NCBI GenBank assembly: GCA_973895155.1
Contig: OZ316894.1
Coordinates: forward strand, 19,970,451-20,034,450
From: Marsupella aquatica
Lineage: Eukaryota; Plantae; Marchantiophyta
DNA: 64,000 nucleotides
Direction: 5' to 3'
Below the pieces are notes generated by a model that ran no database searches, was not told the origin of the DNA, and worked only from the letters and a program-made list of their open reading frames with translations. This document shows, piece after piece, positions 14,515 to 27,009 of the stretch (the first letter of the stretch is position 1; every line of letters begins with the position of its first letter). The position numbers and the translations under genes are program-made.

Positions 14515-17161
14515 ATGGCGTGGATGGGCTTGAGGATGCTCATGCCAATGATTTCTCTTCTTTCATCACATGTGAGTGCAGGCGTTACATCCGACTACGT
14601 CCGCCCCTTCTCTGCCAGCCCTGATCTTCTTCTCGAGAGCCTGCTGCCGACCCCTCGAACACTCGCTGCAAGCGCACCGTCGCAGGTATCGTAACCTTTC
14701 CTCATTGAAATTTGAATAAATTCGAATTAACCACCATTCGGAAGGTTCTTCGCAAGCTTGTAGGACTCAGTTTTTCAGAATATCTCTCCCAATATAATCT
14801 GCCAATTTGGACGAGGATGGACACCACAAACTATAGGGGAATTGATTCCTGTCTGGAGAATGATCGAGGAAGTGGAGGAAATAAGGTAGAACTTTGAAAT
14901 CCTGGTTTTAAGCCCATCGCGGTAAGAAGTTTTAAAGCGCAGCGCATTCATACGCAGCATTTCAAATGTTTCTCGACATTCTTAAATTTTATTGCAGTCG
15001 CTGAGCCTCTTTAATGACGAGTCGGACTCCATCACCGCTTTCCTTTGCCTGCCTGTCATCAAATAATAGTCGTCGAGATTTAGTTTTGCAAAACTCTTCC
15101 AAGATTAATCCAGCTAAAGGATAGGAATATTCTAACTTGTGTGGTTATTCAATTTGTGGGCATTTGACGCAGCAGGTGTGGGTTTCGCTCCATGGTCCCA
15201 ATCAAATGCAGGTTTCTTGGATTACGTTGGATGCAGGAGCCAGCACGGTAGATTACGGTACCTCATCGGGGGCTTACAACCACACGGCGACGGGTTCCAG
15301 TTCTTCATATACTTACGGGAGCTACACTTCTGGCAACATCCACTATGTGATTATCGGTCCTCTCTCGGACGACACGATTTACTTCTACCGGGTGGGAGTC
15401 ACCGCTCCCGAGTTTACTTTCAAAACTCCGCCGCCTGCGGGCCCAGAGGTGCCTATCAAATTCGCTGTCGTTGGTAAGAAATTTGCTCCTGATCTCTCAC
15501 ATCTCTTATGCCGGCATTATTTTGCTTTCTCTCAGGTCTCACTTTGTAAAAGCAAACTTCTGTGGTTTGAGCAGTTTTCTGCCATCGGCATTTTTCATGT
15601 GAACCCATTTTCACATCCTCTCTCAGCCTATCTCCCATCCCCCTCTAGTCGCTCTTGGACGCAACATCGAGCCTCCGTTCACTGGCTCAGCGGTCGAATT
15701 AGCCGAGTAGTTTTTGGTCTAAGCTAGAGGATTTTTGTTCTCAGCCACACAATCGTTTTTTCTGTACGAAATGTAGGTGATCTGGGGCAGACGTCGAACA
15801 CGCAGTCTACACTAAATCATATCCAACGTGTTGATCTTACCCGGGGATCTATCTTACGCTGATGGGGAGCAGCCTCGATGGGACTCCTACGGCCAGCTCG
15901 TGTCGCCGCTTGCAAGCAGCAGGCCTTGGATGGTCACCCAAGGAAATCACGAGATTGAATCATCCCATGGCATTGAGGACTTCAGAGCATACAAGGCGAG
16001 ATGGCGAATGCCGTATGCATTGAGCGGCTCCGACAGCAACCTCTACTACTCATTCGAGATTGCAGGTGTTCACTGGCTGATGCTGGGATCATATGCTGAC
16101 TATACTCAGAGTTCAGACCAGTACAAATGGCTACAAGTAAGTACTGCGGAGAAGCGCACAAATCCAAAGCCCAATTTCTTTGGAACTGTAGCAGACAAAA
16201 ATATGATGAAAAAGTGACCTGCCTACAATTGGATGAGCTCTATGCTCCAATGATCTTATGGACAGTAACGAAAAAAGTGGTGGACTTATGATGCAGAATG
16301 ATTTGGCAAAAGTTGATAGATCGAAAACTCCATGGTTGATAGGGGTAGTACATGCACCGTGGTACAACAGTAACTTTGCTCACTATGGAGAGGGAGACGG
16401 GATGTTAGAGGCGATGGAGGACTTGCTGTTTAATGCAAAGGTGGACATCGTATTCGCCGGCCATGTACATGCGTACGAGCGTTCGGTAAATCTCAGTGCT
16501 CACTTCCCACTCATTTACTGGATTGATAAAGGGATGTGACAAATTCACTCTCGCATTAATAGATCGGTGCTATGCTTATGGATTTTGAGGTTCACAGCTA
16601 CATTGCAGTTCTCCTTTCGTGAACTTCCATGCATTCAAAGGACGTCCAGACTCCCAGGATTGCTGTGAGATGACCAGTGAGTTTGGAGCTTTAGTGCTGA
16701 AGTGCCATTTTGATGTCGTGAAGGTCCGCACATTCAAAGGGAAAGCCAACAATTCCGGCATTCTCTACCTCAATATTGGAGATGGTGGAAACCGAGAGGG
16801 TCTAGCAAGACTGTAAGAATCTTCTAAAAGGAGCTTAGCTCAAGTCATCGGATCTCCTTTCTGCATTCTCTCGTACAGGAATGCTGAACCATAAGATTTC
16901 AGACCTTTTTGAAGAGCGGATTAAAATGTAGAAAAACAATAAGAACTGACTCTGAACTTTTGGGCTCATCATCACAGGTATAATCCACTCCAGCCAAAAT
17001 GGTCTGCATTCCGTGAAGCAAGCTATGGGCATGGAGAGCTGACCATCAACAACGGCACAACGGCTGTATGGAGCTGGCACAGAAATCAGGATGACGAGGC
17101 AGTCATTGCAGATAGTGTTATCATTACCTCTTTAAGCTCCTCGGGCACTGCTGAAGCTTGA
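14515..17161 (+). pseudogene. PAP: Purple acid phosphatase (PAP18/PAP22-like metallophosphoesterase), 6 exons, frameshifted in exon 3 as assembled
   Basis: Exons 14515-14685, 15173-15473, 15777-16136, 16297-16485, 16724-16812, 16978-17161. Metal-ligand motifs GDLG, GDLSY, GNHE, VVH, GHVH all present, plus GDGGNREGLA and [19 protein letters not shown] and VLILPGDLSYAD are in different frames (shift at ~15827). Family call is secure; pseudogene status could be an assembly error. Confidence 0.8.
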
Positions 17162-17691
17162 GTGATAACAAGCATGTCTCGTATCTACTGAAGCTTCCAC
17201 TGCGGTATTACTGAAGTGGAAGGTTTGTACCGACCCTCATGGCCCATCCTGGTCCCAGAAGTTTAATCAAGCTTTTCTCATTCTTTCCTATCTGCTTATT
17301 TGGACAGCCTCAAACCCTTCTTTAATGTACAGAAACAGGTAAATGGGCTTCCGAACGCGCATTGTTTGCCAGCCTCCAGTATTTCTCGAGGATGCAGGAT
17401 TATTACATTCAATGCCATTGAAAAAAGATGCTATGCACGATTCTACCAAGGGGTGCCAATCAAGCGAAGAGACATAACCCATCTTATTAACGCTTGATGT
17501 TGTAATGCACAAGCGACTATATCTTCAAGATTAGACGATAGCTAACATGGAGATGAGTTGGAAACTTGGCCCTCCCATACGGTCAAGCTATTTTCGTATT
17601 ACTCGTATCACCATTAAGCCGACACAATTCTTTGTAAAATAATTGTTGTGGATACAAATTCAGTCAAGGAATTACATCATTATTACCTTAG

Positions 17692-17788
17692 TTGCATGAT
17701 GCGTCTCGGAAGTGAGTGACCTTACTTCAAAACATTATTAGGTTGGTTGCATGATGCTTCTCGGAAGTGAGTGACCTTACTTCAAAAG
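17692..17788. repeat. Tandem duplication, ~55-bp period
   Basis: GTTGCATGATGC(G/T)TCTCGGAAGTGAGTGACCTTACTTCAAAA occurs twice. Confidence 0.85.
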
Positions 17789-20700
17789 GCTTGTTACGTG
17801 CGAGGACATTGCCTCATTGCCTCCTATGACTTATTATAAATAAAATTTCATGTGCTATCATGTAAACCTTAGTAATTTGTGTGAGTGAACGAATGAGTTC
17901 CCTTTGTAAAAGCTTTCACATCTTATCATGTACGCTTTGGTCATTGGTGTCAGTGGATCTTTGTAGGGATAATATTATATAAGTGATGCACAACATCCTT
18001 GAAATTCAAAGCCTGCTCAGTGTGTTATGCAGTACCCATAGCCAAGAAAAAAACCCTCTGGCATCTCCTGGACTTAACCAGACCCTTGTGAGTAAGATGC
18101 CATCAAGACCTGGGCAAGATGGGCGGTCACAGGGGTCTATTAAGTCTTCATGGCATCTTGTTGGACTGTTAATTCCAGGACATGCCAAAGGGGTCCTGTT
18201 AAGTTTTTTCTACACCCTAAACTTATGCTCGGAAGTACATGAAATGCTCGTGACACATGCTTGTCTATATAACGAAGAGAGCAAATACGAAGGACAAATT
18301 TCCCAAATGGCCTTTAAAAAGATGGAATTAGGGCTTTACAAACACAAATCTTGAAAACCCGCACCCTCCCAGGGATTCTCACATCACAGTGATGATTTTA
18401 AAATGGTTTTCATCTCAAAGGGAGGAATGAGGTTCTATGGTTATATCCTATTTAAACAGGATGTGTAGGAAACGACTGGTTTCTGCTCAAGAGTCGACGA
18501 TCCACAAACGTAGTAGAGTTCCGTCCGTTGTTCCCATGACAGGTTCTTCGTAGGAAATACACCTGGGAGTACGGATTGTAACTCGTTTCCACATCACATG
18601 GCAGTAATGCCTTCAGACGTTTTGGTGAATCCGAGTCTGCTACAAAGACCTTTGGACGGTTCTTCCAGCACCCAAGCGAAGGCTTAGATTAACACTGTCC
18701 GAACTCAAATTATCAATACTGTAGTCCTGAAATTAGTCGTTCCAAAAATATTTAAGCTACGAATTTTAGTGGATCTCTTCTTTTGGAAGCCAACTTTTTC
18801 GGCTTATCTCCACCTCACAATGACTCTAATACCTCAGATGATTAGTATCTCCGGATGATGTACAATCGCGCCGTCTCTCGTTAATTTACATAGCTAGCTA
18901 CAAAATTGCTTCCGTTCTCTTACACAAGTCAAAATTTGAGAATTTAAAATGGTTTGTAGAACTCTACCAGCACATTGGACATATTCCGCTGACTCCAAAG
19001 CCAAGTCCTAAGACAACTTCCTAAGCTTCTCCCCAACAGCAAATTGCGATCATGACAGCTCCCCTCGTTGAATGCTAAGCTGCACCCTCAAAAGACCTTC
19101 TGCACATACAAATCAGGAAGGCTCAGAACATACTGAAATACTTAGCTCAGAACTTCTCGTACAAGAAGACATCTTCTGGTAGTCCAATTTCGATTCTGAT
19201 TTTTGTTCCATGTCTGTCCCCTCGCAATTTCCTGACTTAATGGAATTGGTGGACACTATTTCACTCGTTGTGAGACTGCATGAAATCATGGTTAACTCTT
19301 GTAAGCAGCGAGTGCCAACAAAGTTTCTCTGCATCGATAAGCTTCCTTCAAAGACCATAAGACCAGAAAGTCTCTTGCGGGTCAACCTACCAGTGCCACT
19401 GCACGCCCCAACAGAGCTGAACTCTATGCATCAGTCAACTCGACGACCTTGATCTTGACCTGCAACACACTCAGGAGAGTCGAGCGAAACAGAAGGTAAA
19501 TTGAAGGAATTTTACGACGTGATGATATAGAAAGTGCAGAACAGCTCGAACTATTCTCTTGAAAGGCCTTCGCAATCTGCATACTTTGGTAGTTATGAAC
19601 TGCACCTTTTATGTTGCAGCATGATACTGTAGCTCCCAACTCGTCATGATCCGGAATCTGACTCTTCGTACATAGTGTAGCCAGGCCGTGCCGTGTCGCA
19701 GCATATAGCATCTTCGACTCCATAATGCCGACAGTCCGACAGCTGCTGTATAGCCTCCGGTGCACAAATGTGGCTCACATGCTCTGTTGACAGGAATCTG
19801 GTTACTATAGTTCTTCAATTTATGAGTTTCCATAAGAATGGACCAGTTCGACAGTACAGGCTGCCTATCAGCAATGAGACCTTTTGATAATAAAGCATCC
19901 CAGACGATTGACCAAGCGCCATTGCCTGCTACTTAATGACTGAGAGGCCTACAGCAATCTATTGAAAATAAGGCATGGCCACGGATGAGACCCTCTTTAG
20001 TAACATAATTAAGACTAATATTTTAGCAGCATGTCTTTACTTATAAAAAGTTGACATCTCTCCTCTCCAAACCAATTCTGCAACAGGGAGCTTGGATAAT
20101 CATCTGCCACAAAATAGATGGCTAGCCAGTCTAGGAACCAGTCGTCCTCACCCCATGATTGAAACTGTCCCTGTCTCGATTTCTTGAACTGTAAAGTCAC
20201 TACAAGGTTATAACCCTGGTGTGAATCTGTTTCAGAAAGGGGTTTCATGTATTCTTGAGGCGCGAGGACTATTTTCAGTGAATGCTCACATTCGGCAATC
20301 GTCAACAAGCAGATGGATACTGGATAGAATTTTATGGAGATGTTCTCAAAACAAATAAAAGCCCGATGAATGGGTCACCACATCTACATCAAGGTTAGGT
20401 TAGTTCAATTTGGCCTTGTCAAACAAATCGAGAATGCCTTCAAGGCCCTCACAAAACGCAAATATGCCATTGACAGATAGGTAGTACTGGAGACCCAATA
20501 CACTTGACATAACCTAGACCTTGGGTCAAGGTTACATTGGCTTGGAACCTAACGTGGATATTTTCAATAATGATTTCCAAAGAAATCCTTACGGTATATA
20601 AGGAAATGATCAGAACTGATCATTGGCCTCCCGAGTAGATGAAGAACAGCGTCTTGAGTTCCTCATTAACTTCCTGTTTCATTAACAGCGGGAAAAATTG

Positions 20701-21263
20701 CTCCAACAATGTTGAAGATAATTCCTTATGACCCAAGAAGGAGGGGAAAAGATCAGCCTTTCAGTTTTTGCCCTGAGTTACAAGAATACCAATGTAACTC
20801 AACAAATCAATCATTAACAGAGGGTACTGCCATAACCAAGACCTATGGAGATAGATAATTCCAGTCTGATCTTCTAATCTCACACGAATGCTGTGAGAAA
20901 TCGGATCCAGACGAGCAGGCAAGGAATGTCCCTAAAGGAACAGAAATCATGTACAAGACATGGTTTCCAGCCGCACCTCTCTTCTATGTAACAGGCCTAG
21001 TCATCAACCCTGTGAAAAGCTCCACATAATCCAAAGCTTTCTCATCTAGGGAGCCAAGTTGATGTAATCAACTGGGCTTTGGTCTAGATCAAGCAGTTTG
21101 AATTCCTACATAAGTATCTCCACCTCATGTCTCACGGTGGGTGGGGCACTTTGTCTACTAACGTGAAACCTTGAAGATCCCGGGAACAGCCTATATCCAG
21201 GGTTGAGAAAATTTCCAGCCTTGGTAAGATTGAGGTAGAAGGTTGACAAGCCTTGTATAGAGA

Positions 21264-24200
21264 TCACTTCGAACCTTTTGAAGATTGTTTGAGCTTGTCC
21301 ATTTCAGCCCTGTCAGCAGGATTCAAAGATTGCCTCCATTTCTTATTGATCTGTTTTCAAAAAGTTAAAATCGGGTCAATAATAAATTTCTCGCCTATAA
21401 ATGGGTTCTTGGATGCAACATGCTAAAATTTTATTTGAGAGAGACTAGTAGTTACTAAATCCAGATAAGTCAGCGCTGGATTTAGTAACGATTGTCTTCA
21501 CGAGAGGTGTGAGTACATGAGGCTGTCTGTTGGGATAAATTCCAGCAAACTTCAGCACCAGCTAAACCTTGCAATGAAAACTCCTTATAATGTCATTCAG
21601 AGATACTAACCTGAGCCTCAGAAACGACTGCACTTTGAACGGAAAACAGGAATATAAGAAAGTACTCCAAACGTAATTGACTGACTCGTAGCCACCTCCA
21701 TATGGGAAATTCTGTTTTCAGCTATAACCAGCTGTAGATGTATATATCACTGGAAAACTTTAATAGGCGAGAAGTGCGTTACCTGCATCTCTTGCATTTG
21801 CTCTATCATGGATTGTCGATGGATCACTAGATTCTGATTAGCTACCCTATGCTTCTCGAGTGCGTCACTCTTATAATCAAGCAATTGCTTGATTCGAGAA
21901 GTCTTCATCTCAATCTGTTCCAATATTTGTCTCCTATGAAGCGCCTGTCCAGCAACGAGAATTGAAAGAGAATATTAGAAAATCAGAAATCATTGGACTC
22001 AGCTTTAAGGGCCGGCAGCTTCATGGTTCCGGCCTGAACGACGAAACGTGGACATCAGTTGGCTGGAACTGTCAATAGCTGTCGTCGGATCATGCAGCTG
22101 CTTCAAAGACTCATGTAGAGATTACTGGAACTTATTTCCTCAGTTCCGGCTCCAAATGTATTACTTAGACCACACTTATCGACGCCAACTGAAACTCTTA
22201 CCAAACAGGACAATAAACGAAGAGAGAGCATTTGACGAGCGAGACTGGCAGGGAACATTCTCTCACTCGTCTGATCGTCAAAGATTTCCTAATATTCACC
22301 TGAATTCGTTTGAGAGCTTCGCAGCGTTGACGCTTGGCTTCATGTACAAGCTCCTTCTCAACATTCCGTCGTGCCTCACTGCTGTGTTTGTTTGCCATGT
22401 ACTCATGCAAGACCCTATCAGCTTCTGCAGCCTTGTCCAGAAGATCCTGTACAGATTCATTGCCTCAGTGTAATTTTCCAAATTGCAGTACAATAATGGC
22501 CATTCAAAGGGAACCGATTTACTGAAAGAGAATAGGTGGGCTAAAGTGAGCCCACCCTTTAACCCACAAAATAACAAGTGCGGTTCAACTCAAAGGTACA
22601 CCCAAGTTTTCTCTACAGTGATAACCACAAAGTGTGGCGAGGCCCGTCGTACAAAAAGCGACATATAGCAAACATCCACACATTTTGATTACTAGTGATA
22701 TACCGTTCATTCCTACAAGGGCACTCGCTAACCCGTAAACTTCGAGGCACATAACTCACCTGGCATCTCTTTTCTCGGATGGCATTAGCTTCAGCTATCG
22801 TATCCAATCGATCTTGCTCCTTCTTTTCAAGGTATGCTCTCCTAGCCTCTTGTTCCTTCTTCCATATGACCATCTTTATCTTCATCTTTCGCTTGATTTC
22901 CTGTATACACAAAATATCGAGAGATAAAAACATGACTTGATTAAATATGGCCCTATCACTGTAGTCACCTCACTTACTTTTTCGAATCCAGCACGATAAC
23001 GAACACTAGCGCCATAGAAGCTTACCGCCTGCTTAGCGAGGTAGTCATCTTCTTTCTTCTTGATCATTCGATGCCAGGCAGCTAATGCATCTGCATGACG
23101 TTTATCCATTATTTTCCGGATCTCTGCATTTTCTAACGCCTTCTGTTGCTGGAGTATAGCCATGTTCTTTCTTCTCTCGGCGTCCCTAGCTTCCATTTGT
23201 CTTCCCCTCTCTCTCGCAGCCTGCTCAGGTGGCAAACATTCAAGACAATCATCGGGTAAATGAGCGAAAGCTTCCTAAGGTTGATACCTCGGACTGAGAA
23301 GAATGATACGATTTGACGAGATCAATGGGGAAAATTGACGGCACCGACCTCTTGGAACTCCTCCATTGTTTTCTCCAGCTGAGCTCGGAACTCCTCCTGT
23401 TTCTGTGCTCTCTCAATCTCCCTCTGTCTCGCCTCCCGTTTAGCAATTTTCTGTGTCATAAAATTTGGAGACCCAAGGTGTTGGCATAAAACTTTGACCG
23501 ACTGTCCATTGATAAGCAACTGAAAAACAATGCTACCGACAACTCTGAAATGGAAGGCTAATATCGTATGCTAGTTACATGCACACTAATAAGATCCCGC
23601 AATTTCCAGGAAACCTCAGAGAACTTCTGAATGATAAGCTTTGGAAAGCATCGACTACATGTACACCTGTAACTAAAACAACTACTGTTTGAGATATCAG
23701 ATCTAGTTCGCTGAAACCAGTGATAATGAGTCAGTTATTAATGGACCCTTACAGCTTTCCTGGCTTCCTCGGCCATAAATGCTTGTTCCCTTGCATATCT
23801 AGCTTGGGCCTCAGCTTTAGCCCTGGCATCCAGCTCTTCTTCCTGAAAAGGCCACAAAGATTTCATTTCAGGAGTTGAGAACCTCTGTTTTCAAAGATAT
23901 AGTGCAGGGATAGTGGATTTAATTGACGGTTTCGTTTCCGTTTGTCACATATCTAGCAGATAAATGTCCCCATGACTGTTTTGTGAGTCACAAACAAGAC
24001 ATGATAACAAACTGGCAAAAGTCCCAGACGACAATATGTGATATAACAAACTAGCAAGTTTGACAAAAGCTGACTCTTACTCTCGAATTTTCTGCACTTG
24101 ATTTTGGCTAATTAATTTCTGAGGATTGACAATAACCCCAAGGGAGAAACGAGAAGCATACCACTTATCGTGGGATTGTACTTCAAATGTCCAGTGTATC

Positions 24201-27009
24201 TTCACTTACTTTACAAAATCTTTTATAAACATAATACAGTGTGATTATTGGCTTCCAATAATGAACGATGCACTTTCAGATCCTAGTCCTGGTAGTTTTG
24301 AACCCACATACCTCTTTCGCCCTCTGAAGTTCCCTCGCGCGCATCTCAGCTTGCCATGCTCTGTCCTTTGCTTGCTTCGCTCGTTTCTGTGTTGGCACGA
24401 CTAGAAGATTGAGGCATAATACTTGGACGAGTAGATGGCAAGATGGCACAGACCTTTTCCGTATCTAGGAAATTAGCAGTGAGACATCTCAAGTCTTGAC
24501 TAACTTATTCCTGTCCTTTCAGCTGGTGTCCCCTATCCTGCCCTCTTCTCCTACAATAACGACCTCAATCCCCTCACATGATGTTCAAATACGCAGATCT
24601 TTTAAACAGAACGTAGAATGGATATGTGCTGCCACTGGATCTTCGTCTAGAAGGGATACCCCAAGACGATGGACCATCCTTAATTCAAAAGAAAGTTGAC
24701 TTACTTACACCAAACTTCAGTCAATTTCAAGTCGAGAATCATTAGAAAGGAATCCCACATTCACTAAAGGAGCGTGCATTCAGTTTTGCACGGATGTGGA
24801 GCAGTGAAGAGATTTTGCTGAGAAAGAACTGTTGCAAGTGATTAACGCCTCCTGCTTTAAGAAGGTTTAATACAAGTAAGCCACACTAGGATGCGAAAGT
24901 CAAAACACACCTGCTCTTCACGTCTCTTTTTCTCCATGGCCAGTGTCGCCGCATTTTGATCAGCGAGTTGCTGCAAAACGAAATCATTAATATTGTCAGG
25001 ATCTGGAAGAGCATCCTCCAAAAGCTCTTCAAATTTTACATGCAGCTGATGCACTTTGCATAGTTTAGCCAAGCTGACAAACCTGTCTGAGGGCCTCATA
25101 CTTCGCAACTTGCTCCAATTCCCTCTGCTGCCTTCGACGGACAACGTCTATTCTCTGGGCTTCCTGCACTCAAATTACAATCATCTTGTCTTATCTTATC
25201 TATCTATGTAAACATAATACAAGAGTTCAAGAGCAACAGTGGACTCTTGACCAGCGAAACGCAACCACTACGTCACTGATGTCAGAATATATGCAATACT
25301 CCAGCTTTAGAACTCAAATGATTAGATTCAATCATGATCCTGAATGGCAAAGGGAAACATTGTCCTGCTAAGACCTTAGAAGCAAATTTGGCAGTCGACA
25401 GTTTGCGAATAAGTTTGCGAATAAGTGAGACGTCTGATCACACCATAGTAGTTTGAACTCCCACAGATTCCGTAAATCGTTGTGGATCAACTACCTGCTG
25501 TACCTTTATCCTCTTAGTGGCCAACAATTATCAACTTAAGAACTTAACTCCTTCTCTCAACCATGGGTGTATTCATAATATCTACCTTCTCCAAGGCGTC
25601 TTTACTTTCTTTTGGTTTGTTTTTCATCGGGGAGGTTGTGCCAATAACTCTGCCCTCAGCATTAAGGACAACACCTCCATCATTATGTTCATTAATGATT
25701 TTCTGCCTTTCGTCACGGAGTCTTTGTATTTTTTCTGCATGGACAGGCAATAGGGAAGTTGGCATGGCCATTCGGAAATTTGAAAGCCGTACATAATGGG
25801 GGGGACTGGGTTTTCTGCTGATATGACCGAGCTCGATAGGTTTTGTCAAATACACGTGTATCTCAAGATTTTTCTTTGTTTATTGATTGTTGATGAACCA
25901 GTGACCCAATATTCCACACCTGATATTTCATGCGCTCACTTCTGAGTAAAGAAAAAAGTTACCTAGCCTTGTATTCTCGTAGAAATTGTATTTCAGCTCC
26001 GTTAGCGGTGGACTGAGGCCCCTTTCCAAGAAGTCATCTAGTGGTCTACAGCAATCACCATCACAGACAGTCCGTTGGCATCAGTCTTCGATGAAAATAT
26101 ACGAGCACCCAAATCAACTTAACCGCCATTACAAGACAAGTCGAATCCACAAGGACAGAAACACAGCAGCTAGGTGGTATACCTGTGAATAAGTTCAGCT
26201 GGATCAATTCCGAGGTATAGGCATGCCTGTAGGGAACGGGGGCTGTTGAGAACTTCTGTAGAACCTGGCTTGTCTGCTCAAAAGCCATGCACACACATAA
26301 AGGGCTTTAAACTCTTACGCAGTTAAGTAAAGGCAAGGACAACCAAGTGAATTCTCATCACACCGGGTACAAAAAATATGTTGTCCGTCTTGTTGTCCTA
26401 AAGATCATCTCGAGATTAATCTTGTGGATGTAAGTATCAAATTGTCCTACCAGCTTGGAATCAGATGATGAATTTGATTTGAAACCGTCGACCTTCCGTG
26501 CATCCAGCATAGTATAGACTACTGCAGATTGTTTATGGCGATCTGAAAAAGCATGGCGTACTCTGTCCTATGGTTCTTTCCAGGGACATTGTATTTACAT
26601 GCACTGACCATTTCAACAATTCGTATAGAAGTTATCAGACTTAACGTACCAATATCATCAAGAGTAATAATTCTGTCAACAGCCTTTGCAGCTTTGTTGT
26701 ACGTGGCGACCTGGAAACACCATAACGACCATGATTGTTAAGATTTGACCAATAGAGTCAGTACGTTGGACGGAAAATCGCACTACATGCCAATAGTGTC
26801 AAACTCTCTGAACATTTTCATTCTGAAGCTCTCCAAAATTTTAGTCACGACGGAGTCTTGAAATATTAACCCGAAATTGAATGTAGTGATCATTTTTTCC
26901 GACCAGCAACAGCAAGACAACTTACCTTCCAGGCCTTGAGCATTTGATCCGCCCATCGATCTGGAGGGATCGCGTCGAAGTGAAACCCTCCGGGAGGAGC
27001 GTACGGCAT
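21264..27009 (-). CDS. Long E/K/R/Q-rich coiled-coil protein with N-terminal LNSPRSLQAC..GIDPAEL motif (putative flagellum/basal-body-associated), ~15 exons
   Basis: Approximate exons 27009-26926 (MPYAPPGG..KAWK), 26710-26650, ~26256-26183 (EVLNSPRSLQACLYLGIDPAELIHR), ~26046-25963, ~25735-25585, ~25164-25084 (EAQRIDVVRRRQQRELEQ), ~24971-24912, ~24386-24312, ~23843-23753, ~23450-23349, ~23220-23026, ~22901-22761, ~22445-22300, ~21944-21783, 21350-21264 (INKKWRQ..GSK*). Splice sites are canonical; the function is inferred only. Confidence 0.78.

Noticed and set aside
18600-21200. Coding-like sequence with several 60-113 aa ORFs on the minus strand
   Set aside because: No recognisable motif or consistent exon chain; possibly a decayed gene or TE.
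26451-26521. Possible extra exon in the coiled-coil gene
   Set aside because: Flanking exons already join in phase (DDI-EVLNSPRS) and this segment's donor phase does not fit.
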